Shown here one piece after another: positions 1-12,989 of a stretch of DNA of 64,000 nt. Source of the DNA: Octopus vulgaris (Eukaryota); contig OX597818.1 of NCBI GenBank assembly GCA_951406725.2, positions 2,046,001 to 2,110,000 of the forward strand, written 5' to 3'. A program made the position numbers and the translations under genes. The notes beneath the pieces are model-generated. The model was not told where the DNA came from. It was given only the letters and a program-made list of their open reading frames with translations, and did not search any database. Within the stretch, counting starts at the first letter, position 1; every line of letters begins with the position of its first letter.

Positions 1-560
1 TCAAAGGGTTTTTTGTACTAAAGGGTATTTTGTACTAAAAATAAAATATTTCCACTTTGCAAGGTTCGAGTCGAGTACTCCCTTGCACGCTCCGTTGACT
101 CGAACTTTGCTTTTATTGTGGCGAATTTACCGCCTTTGGTTAGATACTTGATATCTTTCATAGTCGCACCAAGGCACATTTCGATGGTGCTTTCCTCCAG
201 GTGTTCAAATCTTTTTTTTCTCTACATGGTATACTTTATAGACAATAGTCTTTTCTTTAATTTTATTTTTATTTCGTTTGGTGGTGTTATCCTAGATTCA
301 CCGTCTTTGTCGGTGATCAATCCGAAATAAGTTTGTATTTCTTCCATTTTAATTTTAATGAGTTCACGCCCGCCGACGGCTACAGCGAAATTCATTTTTG
401 GACTTTCTTCTATCGAAGGCATTTTAACAAAAGTGCTTCCGTATAAATGGTGAAAATATTGTCAATTTCCCCAAACAGTGACACAATTCAATTTTTAAAC
501 AATAAGCAAAGCTCCTTCTCCCTAAGGGGGAGGGTTACGGTTAGAAGCGGCTGTTCGAGA
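1..560 (-). pseudogene. 5' end/ORF1 fragment of a divergent Tx1-clade LINE
   Basis: ORF 222..422 read through its TAG gives ...ESTIEMCLGATMKDIKYLTKGGKFATIKAKFESTERAREYSTRTLQS. This aligns by eye with ORF1 at 38479..39807 (...EAIEKCLRPIWQQTTFITRGSRFGTVEVRFPSEEIAREHSTRTLKS). Confidence 0.75.
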
Positions 561-604
561 AAACAGACATTACATACAGCCAAACTTCATATAGATACTT
601 AATG

Positions 605-1148
605 CTAGCTAATTAGCAGATAATCTAATGTAAAAGCTGTGGTAAAGGGTATGTGCACAGCTCCATCTGGACTATTCCATTTCTGCGCATTAATTTTACT
701 TTTAATTTATTCCCATTCATGTGAAACCACTTATTCAAGTTCAAATCATTGATGCAATTTTATACCAATTGCTATTTTTACTTTTGTTATGTTACGATTA
801 TATTATACTTTAGTTTGATTTTAATTATTACTTACTACATATAATTCAATTGTTATTATTATCTCTAATTTTTATTGTTAAAGTGAAAGTATCTGACATA
901 AAATAGAGAAATGTTTTTGTTTCACTTATAACACATAATACTGAAATAGTGGAGAAGATATGATATTGCTATGGGCTCGCCCTAGGCAAGAAGTTGAACA
1001 TTCTTTTTGCCCATGAAACTACATGGACCCTAAGTAAGGCATATGTAAAATTTGAATGAAATTGGTTGTGTAGTTCTCAAGTTTTAGGGATACACACAGA
1101 CAGACAGACAAACAGGCAGACACACATTCTCAGTTTTATATATAAAGA
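605..1148 (-). mobile_element. Non-autonomous Helitron-like element
   Basis: Minus strand starts TCTTTATATATAAAA, then a (GTCT)n tract and CCAATTTCATTCAAATTT, typical of non-autonomous Helitron 5' ends. CTAG at 605-608 is a possible 3' end but its hairpin is weak. Confidence 0.5.
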
Positions 1149-1379
1149 GATGTATTTGTATATGAATGTGTTTATATATTTATATATTTTGATATAAGTG
1201 TTTATTTGTGTGTACATATTTGTACATTTTTTATATACTGGTACTTGTTTGTAAATATATCTTTATATTTATGTATATTGATATGTATTTACTTTTGTTT
1301 TATAGTATATGTTATGCACAAAGTATGAGTCACTGTACTAAACATATTGAGGTCACTATTGGATTTGTGCATATGTGGA

Positions 1380-1446
<67 letters not shown>

Positions 1447-1689
1447 GTAGGTTTATTTGTGTGCATGCATGTGGTAGTTTTAAGTATTATTTTATGTTAT
1501 CTTTCTTGTATATTAGATATTATGTATAGACTTCAGTACACTTTTGTTTATGTGATGTTCGTACTTGTTTGTATGTATGTAGGTGTATATATGTGTATAT
1601 ATCTGTGTATGTATGTATGTATGTATGTATATATGTGTGTGTGTGTGTGTGCGTGGATATATATGTTTTTGCATGTAGTAATAAACTAA

Positions 1690-2489
1690 CGAATTAGCCA
1701 ATTGGAAATAGCCAATGATTTAAATGACCGCTCCCTGACCCCCAATATAATTTTAAATATTTAATATGCATAAACATAAGCATAAACTTTTGGACTATAT
1801 TCAGCTTTGACATAGAGTTTGAAGTTGCTACTTTGGTTTTTAAAATTGAATTTGTTAGAATTACGTGGATGTATTAATTTTAATATGCATATAACGGAAA
1901 CGTAAACATTGCGAAAAGTTTGGATTTACTTTCTGGATTCTATAGTTGGATTTGTTCGCGTAACATGGATGTATTAAATAATATCTAGACAAATTTAATA
2001 TGCATTTAACAGAGACGTATACATTGTGGACCTAACCCAGCTTAGACATATAGATTGGATTTACTATATTGGATTCTAAAATTGAATTTGTTCGTGTTAT
2101 GTGGATACGTTAAGTAATATCTAGATTATGTTTGTCTGATTAATATACTTATACGCAAATATTTTGTTTGTGCATGTATATTTATGTATACGTGTGAATA
2201 TTTATATTTCGAACCTTGTTAACGTGAATTTTTGTTATGTTAGTAAACATGAATATAGGATGTATGATCAGAAGAGGATTATCGTTAAAGCAATAATACT
2301 GTTGGTACTGTTAAACGTAGTAGTGTATATACATTAGAATGTATTTACTTGACTATACGACGTATGATATACCCAATGTAATGTAATTGTTCAATGATGT
2401 TCTTTAATGTATTTTGCGCATGTGAATAGTATGTGCGATTTGCATATGTATATATATATGTATGTATATTTGTATATTTTTATATGTAC

Positions 2490-2521
<32 letters not shown>

Positions 2522-2940
2522 TTGGGATATTTGTTTATTATTTATTTGTATATATTAGATAATAAGTGCAGCATGTTTTGTATATCAATATCATTATTAT
2601 ACTTTTCAAGTAATTATAACCTCTGACGAGGCCTATGGTTCTTTTAACATATAAGTATAATTTTTAATGTCTACAACCATAATATACTGACATCTATAGG
2701 CAATATAAGTTGGATTGACTTTTGACCATAGGCTGAAACAGCTGTAAGAAGTAGTTTATGAATTTCAATAATTTATAATATGACTTTTAAAATATGTATT
2801 TGTAATATTATTATTTTTATTATTATATTACCTATTGATTTATATAATGTTTTGTTTGTTTTTGATGTTCTCGTTTATATAATTAATAAATAATGTAAAA
2901 TTGTAATATCCGTAAGTTGATGAACGAGATGAATTTGTTT
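1690..2940 (+). repeat. AT-rich dispersed repeat, probable PLE tail, with about three degenerate ~110-125 bp internal units
   Basis: 1700-1820 is similar to 47875-47990. The repeat ends in a hammerhead fold at 2618-2752. Confidence 0.5.
2618..2752 (+). ncRNA. Type I hammerhead ribozyme motif (CUGACGA core, long stem II loop)
   Basis: CTGACGA 2623-2629; stem II GGCCTATGGT/ACCATAGGCT; GAAAC-AGCT-GTA 2735-2746. Stem I is degenerate. Confidence 0.7.
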
Positions 2941-3171
2941 CTCCATTTTCTTATTTGTATGTATTTATGTATGTATGTGTGTATGTATGTATGTATGTAT
3001 GTATGTATGTATGTATGTATGTATGTATGTATGTATGTATGTATGTATGTATGTGTGTATCTATGTATGTATGTCCTGGGTATGGCTGTAAACTAAATCC
3101 AGTTGTATGGTTCTACTTTAGCCATTCCAAATTCTTGAGGAGTGTGGAACCTCTCATTAACATTTATTCTT

Positions 3172-3385
3172 TTCTTTTCTACTCTAGATACAAGGCCTGA
3201 AATTTTGGGGGAGGAGGCCAGTCGATTAGATCGACCCCCAGTAAGCAACTGGTACTTAATTTATTGACCCCGATAGGATGAAAGGCAAATTCGACCTCGT
3301 CGAAATACGAACTCAGAACTTAAAAATAGACGAAATACCGCTAAGAATTTCGCCCAGCGTGCTAACGTTCCTGCCAGCTCGCCGC
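3172..3385 (-). mobile_element. tRNA-derived SINE (Meta-domain-like)
   Basis: Minus-strand head GCGGCGAGCTGGCAGGAACGTTAGC (A box), GAGTTCG (B box), central GCCTTTCATCCTATCGGGGTCAATAAATTAAGTACC, and an A-rich tail. Confidence 0.75.
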
Positions 3386-3497
3386 TTTTATTTGCAGAGA
3401 TTCTGTTTCCCTTCATTTGACATTGAAGTTTGGGTTCCTGGCCTGCTCACGCCCCACCCCCATATATATATTCATTCTTACATAGAAATATATATAT

Positions 3498-4580
3498 TGT
3501 TACGAGAGGACCTCCGAAAACTGTACGGAATCCCTCAGACAGGCCCGACTCAATCAGCGAATGTTCTCGCCACGGAAACTCGTCGGAGAGGAGAGGAGAG
3601 ACACAACGACAACAACAACCGCAGCAGCACAGAGAGATACAGAGGCACAGAGGCAAAACGGCAAGGCAACACTGGCTTACATTCAACAACAGTTTATATG
3701 ACAATCAATTGTTACAACATCAAGATACATCAAAGCATTTAAGGGAAACAACAAATCAATACATCATACGGGTATACCACAGATCAAAGCATTTAAACAT
3801 GCATGTAACAATATAACAGTGTTTCAAAGGTACACGTCCGAAGACACAGTTCTTTAAAGTCTTTTTCTAAACATCACAGATAACGTCACATCAACAAGTC
3901 CTTTACTGTTCTTTTCACTGTTCATTTCTTTTCACTGTCTCTTTACATCGTGACACGTATCAATACATAATCAAATACCTTAATTCCTCATTAGAATCGC
4001 CAGTGTCCCATTTTGCACTCCATCTCTCCCTCAATACTGCTAAATCCAACTTGCCAAACTCCTGCATCCCATCGCTCGCTCCTAAGATTCCACCGCCTCT
4101 TGTCCTGACCTCCAGAATCCGACTGTCCACTTCGACGACCGACTCCCGACTGCCTCAAAACCTCACTTCCTCTGTCCTGACTTCCACTGCCCTCATCTCC
4201 CTCTGTCTCTACCGCTCATACCCTCTCTATTTGCTCTCTGATTCCTTACTCTATCTTTATCCTCAATCTGTCCCTTAGCCTTATACTCTATCTCTCTCAC
4301 TACTTTTCTTCTCTCTGCCCCTCATCCTCTCTTACTGCCAATACCCTCTCTATCTGCTCTTAGCCCTACTGCCTATCTCTCTCACGACAGCTCTCAGATC
4401 CCTTAATCTGTCTTCCTCTTCCACATTCTCTCTGACCCCTTCTCGACCGCACAAAGTCACAGGTCCTTCCAAAGGCCATTAGTCTCCCAGTAAACAAAGG
4501 GCTGTCTCTTTTCTTCCAGACGTGCCGGCGCCACACCCAAAAGTGGGTCAGAAATACTGCACTAGCCAAAATCCATAACA
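3498..4580. mobile_element. Probable solo LTR
   Basis: TGTTA...TAACA termini, 1083 bp, flanks ATAT/CTAT (4-bp TSD with one mismatch), sharp composition change and no coding motif. Confidence 0.6.
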
Positions 4581-4585
4581 CTATA

Positions 4586-5791
4586 CTAGCAAACGCACCC
4601 GTCCTCTGGACGGTTTAAGTTGCTTTCGTGGTATTTTTTTCACCAAATAGTTGAACTACCGAGATGGTTTATGTGTAGCATGGCAATCTGTTTCCGATTA
4701 ACCTAGGAACGGAAAATCAAATTGAAGGCTGGTTATTGTGGAGGTCGTTGCACTTTGATTATCATAGAGCATATAAGTTTGCAAGCCATGTAAAGTAGAT
4801 CTACTGAAGTGTTTTGGGAGTAGATTACGGATAATGACTACAAAATATAGTTGTTTTACATGAAAGCGAAATTTCTTGTCAGAAACAGCCATATAAATGG
4901 GGGAAGGAAATTGAAGGAAGATGTTGAAACTTCCCCTCTGCGAGTTTATTTTTTTCAACATCAAAGGGGGCTATTTTTTTTCGGAGAAATCTTCCCACAT
5001 AGCGTGCACATAAACTAACAGCGAATGCTGCATGAAGTTAAATTGGTATGGAGCTTCCTCAAAGATACATATAGCTTTCGCTAGTAGAAGCAAAACTCTT
5101 ATTTAAAGGTTGATTCTTTGGGATGAATCATATGTGTTTAAAAAAGGCTAGAATGACAATGCTAAAACCTATTTGAAACAATGGACAGCAGTCGAAATAT
5201 CATAATGGCTGGGTAAAGAAGCATCCTTAAAGTGAAGCAACGGTATCAAAGGTAAAAAAAAATAAGGTATCAACAATCAGAAGAGAGGGAAGGGAACATC
5301 ACCTTTCAAATCGCTCAGAATAGGTAAGCTTGCCAAAGTTTAATGCAGTTTCAATATGTAGATTAAGATATTCAAATTGTATAGTTTTCCTAGTCAACTG
5401 AATCACCGTCGTAAGTGGACAGTAAAAATAAATAGACAAAATCCTTTCACTTTTATAAAAAGATTAAAAAGAAAATGAGGGCAAAAAGCATTCGTTTTTT
5501 CACAATGAAAAATCGTTTCCTAGTAGCCGGAATTTTGCAACAAAATGCCGCTGGGCATTAAAAGCCAATCGCACAAATCTTGAGGGGTTCTGGGCCCCTT
5601 GAATCGATAAAAAACACTCTTTTTGCCATAGCAACCACATCTTTTTAGGTTGCGAATTTTAACCATCGTGGGTGTCATCCTCAACACGCATTTAGTATCC
5701 CAGCCAATTTTCAGCTCGATCCTAGCCTCGGTTTAGCCGCCATTAACCGTCAAAGCAAAATGTGCATACAATGTTCGTCCAAGGACTGTTT

Positions 5792-5800
<9 letters not shown>
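4586..5800 (-). mobile_element. Non-autonomous Helitron
   Basis: 3' CTAG followed by T, with a GC hairpin CCGTCC-TCT-GGACGG at 4599-4613. The 5' end merges into (TA)n after ATACATAAAAC. Confidence 0.7.
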
Positions 5801-5875
<75 letters not shown>

Positions 5876-6613
5876 CTAGCTTACGGTGACCGGCTCTACG
5901 TGCGGGTAAGAGTGTGGTTGTTACTTTCTGTTGCTTCCTTTCAGTTGTTTATAACCACATTCTCCCTCTTTGTTTCTCTCTCCTTTCTCACTCACTTTCC
6001 CACTCTCTTACTCTTCCTTTCTCTCGGACTTTCTCTTACTCTCTATATTTCTCTATCTCTCTCCCATTTATAAACAGCAAAAGATCTTGAGTAAGTTGAG
6101 AAAGAAATATTTTGAAAGATCAATCATAAATATCAGGCAGTGACAACGGAAAGGTCTGCTTCAAGGCAGACAGCAAAACACTAACATTTAAAAGGGACAG
6201 ACGAAATTGCGAGCTGAATAAAAATTAAAAAAAATATTGGAAACCAAAGTTTGAAGGGATGGAATCTGGGGATAGTAGACTCACTATGGCTGGCATTTCT
6301 TAACGACGGACAGCAACGTAGTGGCAGTTGAACGGCTGGCGTAAAATTTTGAACTTGATGGAAAAGAAAATTCCTAAACACCCGCTCCTGTAAATTTTAA
6401 TCCCTTCCAGTCACATTTAGACCCCTTTTCACATTTTGGTTAATATAACCCGATTTCATTCGGATCTACTGGGGCCACATTTTATAAGATGAGGAATTTT
6501 GTCCTAGAGGTCACGCCTTTCATTTGAGGAAAAAAATAGTTGCCATGCAAACTCGCCAGCACTTTTAACATAGGTGTGCATATTTTCAGCTCAAGCGACC
6601 ACATAATGCACAC

Positions 6614-6620
<7 letters not shown>
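5876..6620 (-). mobile_element. Non-autonomous Helitron (second family)
   Basis: CTAG 5876-5879 with an imperfect hairpin ACCGGC...GCGGGT. The other end runs into (TA)n and shares TTTTCAGCTC with the previous element. Confidence 0.55.
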
Positions 6621-6701
<81 letters not shown>

Positions 6702-6762
6702 TATACACGCATTATATATATATGTGTGTGTGTACGCATTATATATACAAATGTATACAAAT

Positions 6763-6822
<60 letters not shown>

Positions 6823-6896
6823 TGCACTTTGTATATATACATTATATATACATATTTATATATAGAACACACACACACACACACATATATATATAA

Positions 6897-7351
6897 ATTA
6901 ACCCAATAGATATCTGATTCATAATATTTGTTCTCATGATTGTGTGGTGGTGGTGGTGGTGGTGGCGATAATAATTCTCTAGAATAGAGAGAGAGAGAGA
7001 GGATGTAGGAGTGACAGCGCTGGTGAAGACGGCGGGGGAAAGATAGTAGACACTGTCAAACGTCGTTATAGAAAGAAAGTGAAGGGAAGGGAGGAAAGAG
7101 AGAGACATGGAGGAAGACAGGCAGATAAGAAAATGAGAGAAGCGAGAAAAACTTGTCAAAGTGAGGGTTTTGCCCTAGTAACCACAGCGTTTGAGATAGG
7201 GATTTCTAACCTAGCCCACTCACATCCTCACCTCATTTTACATATCCCTGTAAATTTTGGAGTGAATCCGACGGGATCTAGTGCCCTTTAACCCGTACCA
7301 ATGCCAAAACCAGACAAACAAACTTTTCTGTTTCAGATTTATAGATATTGA
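6897..7351 (-). mobile_element. Possible Helitron 5' fragment
   Basis: Minus strand starts TCAATATCTATAAATCTGAAAC...TTTGTTTGTCTGG. No CTAG/hairpin 3' end was seen. Confidence 0.35.
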
Positions 7352-7353
7352 TA

Positions 7354-7395
<42 letters not shown>

Positions 7396-7401
<6 letters not shown>

Positions 7402-7600
7402 CTTTTACTTGCTTCAGTCATTTGGCTGCGGCCATACTGGACCACCACCTTGAAGTGTTTTGGTCGAAGAAATCGACCCAGGACGTATTTTTTTGTAAGC
7501 CTAGTACTTATACTATCGGCCTCTTTTGCCGAACCGCCAAATTACGAGGACATAAACACATCAGCATCGATTGTCAAGGGAAGGTAGTGTGGGTGAAGAC
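7396..7600 (-). mobile_element. 3' half of tRNA-derived SINE (family of 55657-56055)
   Basis: Reverse-complement similarity to 55885-56055. Confidence 0.8.
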
Positions 7601-7639
7601 AGGCGCGCGCACGCACACACACACACGCACATAAATTTA

Positions 7640-8369
7640 TACATTTGATCCGAAATGGGGTTTATTTTTCAACATAGTCCTTCTTGTAGTCTATACACTT
7701 CTTCCATCAGTGCTGCAATGCTTAGATCCCATTGGTGAAGCAGCTTTCATCTTGTTGGTCAAAAGAGTCATCAACTGCAGATATGACGTCATCATTACTG
7801 CCATTCTGCTTCCGAGTGAAGTGTTTTTCATGTTGGCAAACAAATGATTGTCAGATGGGGTCAAATCAGGAGAATAGGGTGGGTAGTCAGCCAGTTCAAA
7901 GCCACAGTTGCACAAACCAGCAATTGAAACCAAAGACTTGTGTGCAGGAGCATTGTCATGATGAACTCAGACACCTTTCATCGGTTTTCCTGGGTGTTTG
8001 GCCTTTTTAGCCTTTCGTAACTGCCTCAGCAAATTGGCATAGTACTCTCCATTGATGATGTGACCCTGTCAATAAATACAATGCCTTTTGCATCCCAAAA
8101 ACTGAGGTCATCACCTTCACTACAGAAGACACGACCTTGCTCTTCTTGGGAGCAGGTGAAGAGGGAGTGTTTCCACTGCATGGATTGTCTCTTTGTTTCT
8201 GGCCCAAAGAAACGTTCAAGGAAACCAGCTGGATCTGCCTCAAACAATCGTCAGATTACCCCGTGATGTAGTCAGCCTCGTGTGCTTTTGATCAGGTGTC
8301 AGAAGACGTGGAACCACGAGCAGAAACCTTCATCATGCCAAGTTCATTGAGCAGAATATTCTCAACTCT
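7640..8369 (-). pseudogene. Mariner (DD34D-type) transposase fossil
   Basis: Frameshifted motifs: VPR-LLT (WVPR-like), QWKH..PAPKK, FWDAKG, HDNAP, YPPYSPDLTPSDNHLF. Confidence 0.9.
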
Positions 8370-8470
8370 CTGTCGAAGAGCGTAGGCTCGAAACATAAGG
8401 GACTTTTCATTTTTCCCGAACATCAAACTTATACACTTGCTTATTGTTCCTACACCTATCTTCGTTTTTC
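8366..8470 (+). repeat. Short PLE-tail-like repeat with hammerhead-like fold (family of 60445-60610)
   Basis: CTGTCGAA-GAGC-GTAG-GCTC-GAAAC followed by sequence similar to 60541-60610. Confidence 0.55.
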
Positions 8471-8496
8471 TATAAATTTGAACTTAAGATAGATAA

Positions 8497-8527
<31 letters not shown>

Positions 8528-8652
8528 CATACATACATACATACATACATACATGCATGCATACATACATACATACATACATACATACATACATACATAC
8601 ATACATACATACATACATACGTACGTACATACATACATACACACACACACAC

Positions 8653-8706
<54 letters not shown>

Positions 8707-8711
<5 letters not shown>

Positions 8712-9304
8712 TGAAGCGTGGAAGGTGTTTATAAGCCATTTAAGAAACACACAAAAAGCGTTAGATTCACTTCAACATTTAAATTTTATTTGTCAAAATA
8801 TTTTCGTCGCTTTGAGACCGCGACCTGTTCACTGACAAAATTCCGTGCTACACACACACACACACACTTATGTTTCGTTTTGGGATTTGGTTTGCAAGAT
8901 TCTTTACGTGAGTTCGTGTGTTGAAGCATATTCTGTTGTGTCTGGAGAGAGTCATTCTCTTTTAGTGCCTTATAATTTAACACACTCACTGGTAAAAGTT
9001 CCACTTATTTCTTTGTTATTTTTCTAAAATTTCCGTTGCGCCTTGCAACCTTTTCAATAGTTTTGACTCTGTCCGTTATTCACAATATGTTCTTTTTGTT
9101 TGTTTTTGTGCGTGTGTGTGTATGCATGTATGTGTGTGCGTGTGTGTACATACGTATATATGTACGTATGTGCATTTCTATCAATGTATTTTGCATATTC
9201 ATGTGTTTGCATGTCCGTGGTTGTGCATTTTTATGCATGTGTTTTTATGTATTGTGTGTGTGTGTACCTCTGTCTCCTGGTGTGTGCATGTCTGAGTGTG
9301 TGTT

Positions 9305-9373
<69 letters not shown>

Positions 9374-12300
9374 TTTATAACTATGTACCATGTTTGTATG
9401 TATGGATGTGTATTTCTATATGTGTGGACGTGTGTCTCCCTATGGGTCCTTGTGTGAAGTAAAGTGTATTTGTGTGTGTGTATGTGTATGGCCAAGTGCT
9501 TCAGTCTACATTTGTGCATGTGTGCGCAAGTGTGCTTGTCTGTTCATATAACCTATGTAACTATCAGTCTGTATGTTGATCTGTTTACTTTCATATCCAT
9601 ATGCTTATATACATGTGCATATACATATATACATACATCCACACACACACATACATACATCTCTCTACATAACAGCCCACTAACTCGACCTGTGTAAACT
9701 GTGGGTATGGGAGTATGATATCTACTATGTATAAATCCTATTTAGTATTAATCTCACTTATGAGGACGTACTCCTGTATTTACCTGCGTGTTGAGTCTTT
9801 TGGGTCCTCGGATAAGATTGCAGATGTCAAGTCGACCCAGGTTGCTTTTATGTTGGTCCTTGGCATGTTGGTAGAGTATGGAGGACTGTTTTTGTCGTCA
9901 TATTGTCTCAAATTTTCATTTAGTCGTTCCGCAATGCTCCTAGATGTCTCCCCTATGTATGTCATGTTCATTTCTTTACAAGCACCTTCTATGCATCTTA
10001 TGCTGTAAACTACATTTCGAGTTCTACAGTTAATGCCAGGGTTAATCCTACATACCATGCAGTTATCATTGGTGCATATGGTATTCTCAAAGTTGTGATC
10101 TCACCGAGTTGCCTGGCTTTTCAACAATCTTAATGTCGAGTTTGGTCTCCTTCAGAGCTTTTCTAAATCTACGGGCTAATTCTCCATGGGCTGTGGCCTC
10201 TACAAACATCACTCCTTGATATTTATCGGTTTTATACCATGTACTCGCCGTTTGCTTTGTCACAAGTTCTTTGTATCCTATTCTAGTCCTTGTTTCTATA
10301 TCTAGGGCAGGTACCGCTGGCATCATTACATACAATGTTATCTAATTTCTTCCTAGCACCCCTGTATACCCGAACCCTATCTTCCTGATCATAACCAGAG
10401 AATTGCATGTGGTGCATGAAGTTCTGTATACATGTGGTGCATGAAGTTCTGTATATGTTTTTTCGTTTCATAGGGTTTGCATAGTGGGGACATGTTGTTC
10501 ATTATCCTAACTAAGTATGCTATCAGTATGTTAATTTTCATGTTGTGTGAGTTCTTGTGAACAACATATTTTGAAGCTATGGGTTTCATGTAATACGAGT
10601 GGAGGAGCTGCACTCTATTGTTCACAGTCTCTGACCAAAGTTCAGTATCAAGGACTGGGAGTCTATTGTTGGGGTTTCTAGTGAGGTAATCTATAGTTAC
10701 CTTGATACTTTGGTGGATGGAGTTAGCTATTTGCTGGATGCTCTCCATTACGTTCCTCTCAGTTTCTACACTACCGTTATTAGAGTTGGTCTTAACTATG
10801 ATATTAATGTCATCTACATACTTACTGTAGAGTAGAATAGTTGTGGACTGTTCTGCTAACAATTGCTTTAGTTTTCTGTCCCACCATGTCATGAAGAGGC
10901 CGGCCACATCTCCAGCTACAGCGATATCGAACCTGCATGCATAGTTTTTTGTTGAACTTTACTATGTGGTTCTTCAAGGTGGTTTTTACACTGGCCCCTA
11001 TTGCATGTGCAATCATTTTTTTCACCTGATTGTTGTTCGTTCTCAGGGTTTTGGGTGGATGCGGTCCAGCCACTCCAGCGCTCTGTGGTGCTTTTCTTCA
11101 CTGCTGAGGTGATGGTGGGTGGTCTTCCCCTCTGTGACCTGGTAGGGCAGAATCTACTGATGTCATGGTCATCTAAATAGTCGCTGTCGTAGCTTAGTCT
11201 AAGGAGGAGGCCCAATTCCTCGTGTTGACCTTATGGAACTCTACTTCACTCTCATATATTAACTGAATGCATTTCTCTACAGCATAATCTATGTCTATAG
11301 ATGGTTAGAGTGAAATCACATCCATACTACCCACCACACAACCTGTGAGATCATTGGAGTTGTTGCAAGTACTGATTTTACGGAGATCTTCGGTGCTCAC
11401 ACAGACACCTAGAGACATCTCTATCAGAGGTCGTAATACCTCTGAGAGGAAGTAGGACAGTCTGTATTTGCTGGAGATATTCGCTCCGCAAACTGGTCTT
11501 GTTGGGGTTCCATGACAGGGTTTACGTAGGGTTTGTGGTCTTTGCGTAATCTGTGTAGTGTGGGAACATTATCGTTGGATGCTTGGAAATTGTGTGCCGT
11601 CCTAGGTTGGAGTATGTTGCACCACAATCCCATGTGTGCACTGAGGAGTTTTCCACTCTTTCATGTTCCTGTGGTGCAGATTCTCTCATGCTACTGATGT
11701 GTTTTTGCATCGTCTGGACATAGTTCTGTGGGCTGACTATTGATAGTCTGCCTGACTTGTTCGTAGGAAGGCACACTAATTCTCTGTTCCTAATTCGCTG
11801 TTTCGGTTTTTGTAGACCTTTGTCAACAGATGAACTGAGTAGGAAATATACATAGTAGATATCATATCCCCATACCCACAGTTTACACAGGTAGAGTAGA
11901 ATAGTTAGTGGGCTGTTATGTAGATGGATGTATGTATGTGTGTGTGTGTGCGAGTGTATGTTTACATACGTATATTCACATGTGTGTAAGCATATGGATA
12001 TGAAAGTAAATAGATCAACATACAAACGGGTAGGTACATAGGTTATATGAACAGATAAGCACACATACGCACACATACACAAATGAAGACTGAAACACAT
12101 GACCTTACATACACACACACTTTACTTCACACAAGGGCACATATGGAGACACACGTACACAAATATGGAGATACCCATCCATACATACAAATACACACAC
12201 ACACACATGCAAACACACACACACATACATGCAAACACATACACACATACATAAAAACACACAACCACGGACATGCAAACACATGAATATGCAGAATACA

Positions 12301-12394
12301 TACATACAAATGCACACACATACATATATACATATATATACATATGCACACACACACATACATGCATACACACACATACATACGTGCATGTGTA

Positions 12395-12425
<31 letters not shown>

Positions 12426-12612
12426 GCGCACACACAAACAAACAAAAAGAACGCAGTGTGAATAACGGACAGAGTCAAAACTATTGAAAAGGTTGCAGGA
12501 CGCAACGAAAATTTTTAGAAAGATAAAAAAGAAATGTGGAAATTTTACCGGTGAGTGTGTTAAATTATAAGGCACTAAAAGAGAATGATTCTCCCTAGAC
12601 ACAACAGAATAT
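8707..12612 (-). mobile_element. Decayed Penelope-like element (Naiad-type motifs) with inverted 5' copy of its tail
   Basis: Frameshifted RT (PTNKSG, LRKDHK, MTWWD, KYVDDI, LPVLDTELW), CTNDNCMVC linker and GIY-YIG (VVYSIRC...YIGETSRS) at ~9735-11845. Inverted arms 8928-9733 and 11847-12612. Confidence 0.9.
8789..8839 (-). ncRNA. Minimal hammerhead-like motif, G3:C8 variant
   Basis: TTTGTCA-GTGAACAG-GTCGC-loop-GCGAC-GAAAATATTT-TGACAAA on the sense strand of the PLE. Confidence 0.7.
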
Positions 12613-12733
12613 ACATTTATACTTATACATATACATATATACATACATACATATGCATACATACATACATTTGCATACATACATACATATACATACATAC
12701 ATACATACATACATACATACATACATACATACA

Positions 12734-12764
<31 letters not shown>

Positions 12765-12989
12765 CCATCAAATGCGCTTAGTCTCGGAAGGTGATAATGA
12801 GCGATCAACAGCGCATTTGATGGATAAGTATTCTTTATTAGGGGATTAACAACGCTACCAATGCTTTCATGTGGAAAATATTTCCACATGCGATCTACTT
12901 AAAAATGTTAATTGCCTCCATTTTGAATGAGAATACATGCGAATACACGAAAATACACTAGGAGATGCGGGACTTCAAAATGAATATAC

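Noticed and set aside
10406-10455. 25-bp tandem duplication in the PLE ORF
   Set aside because: An ordinary post-insertion slippage event that causes a frameshift.
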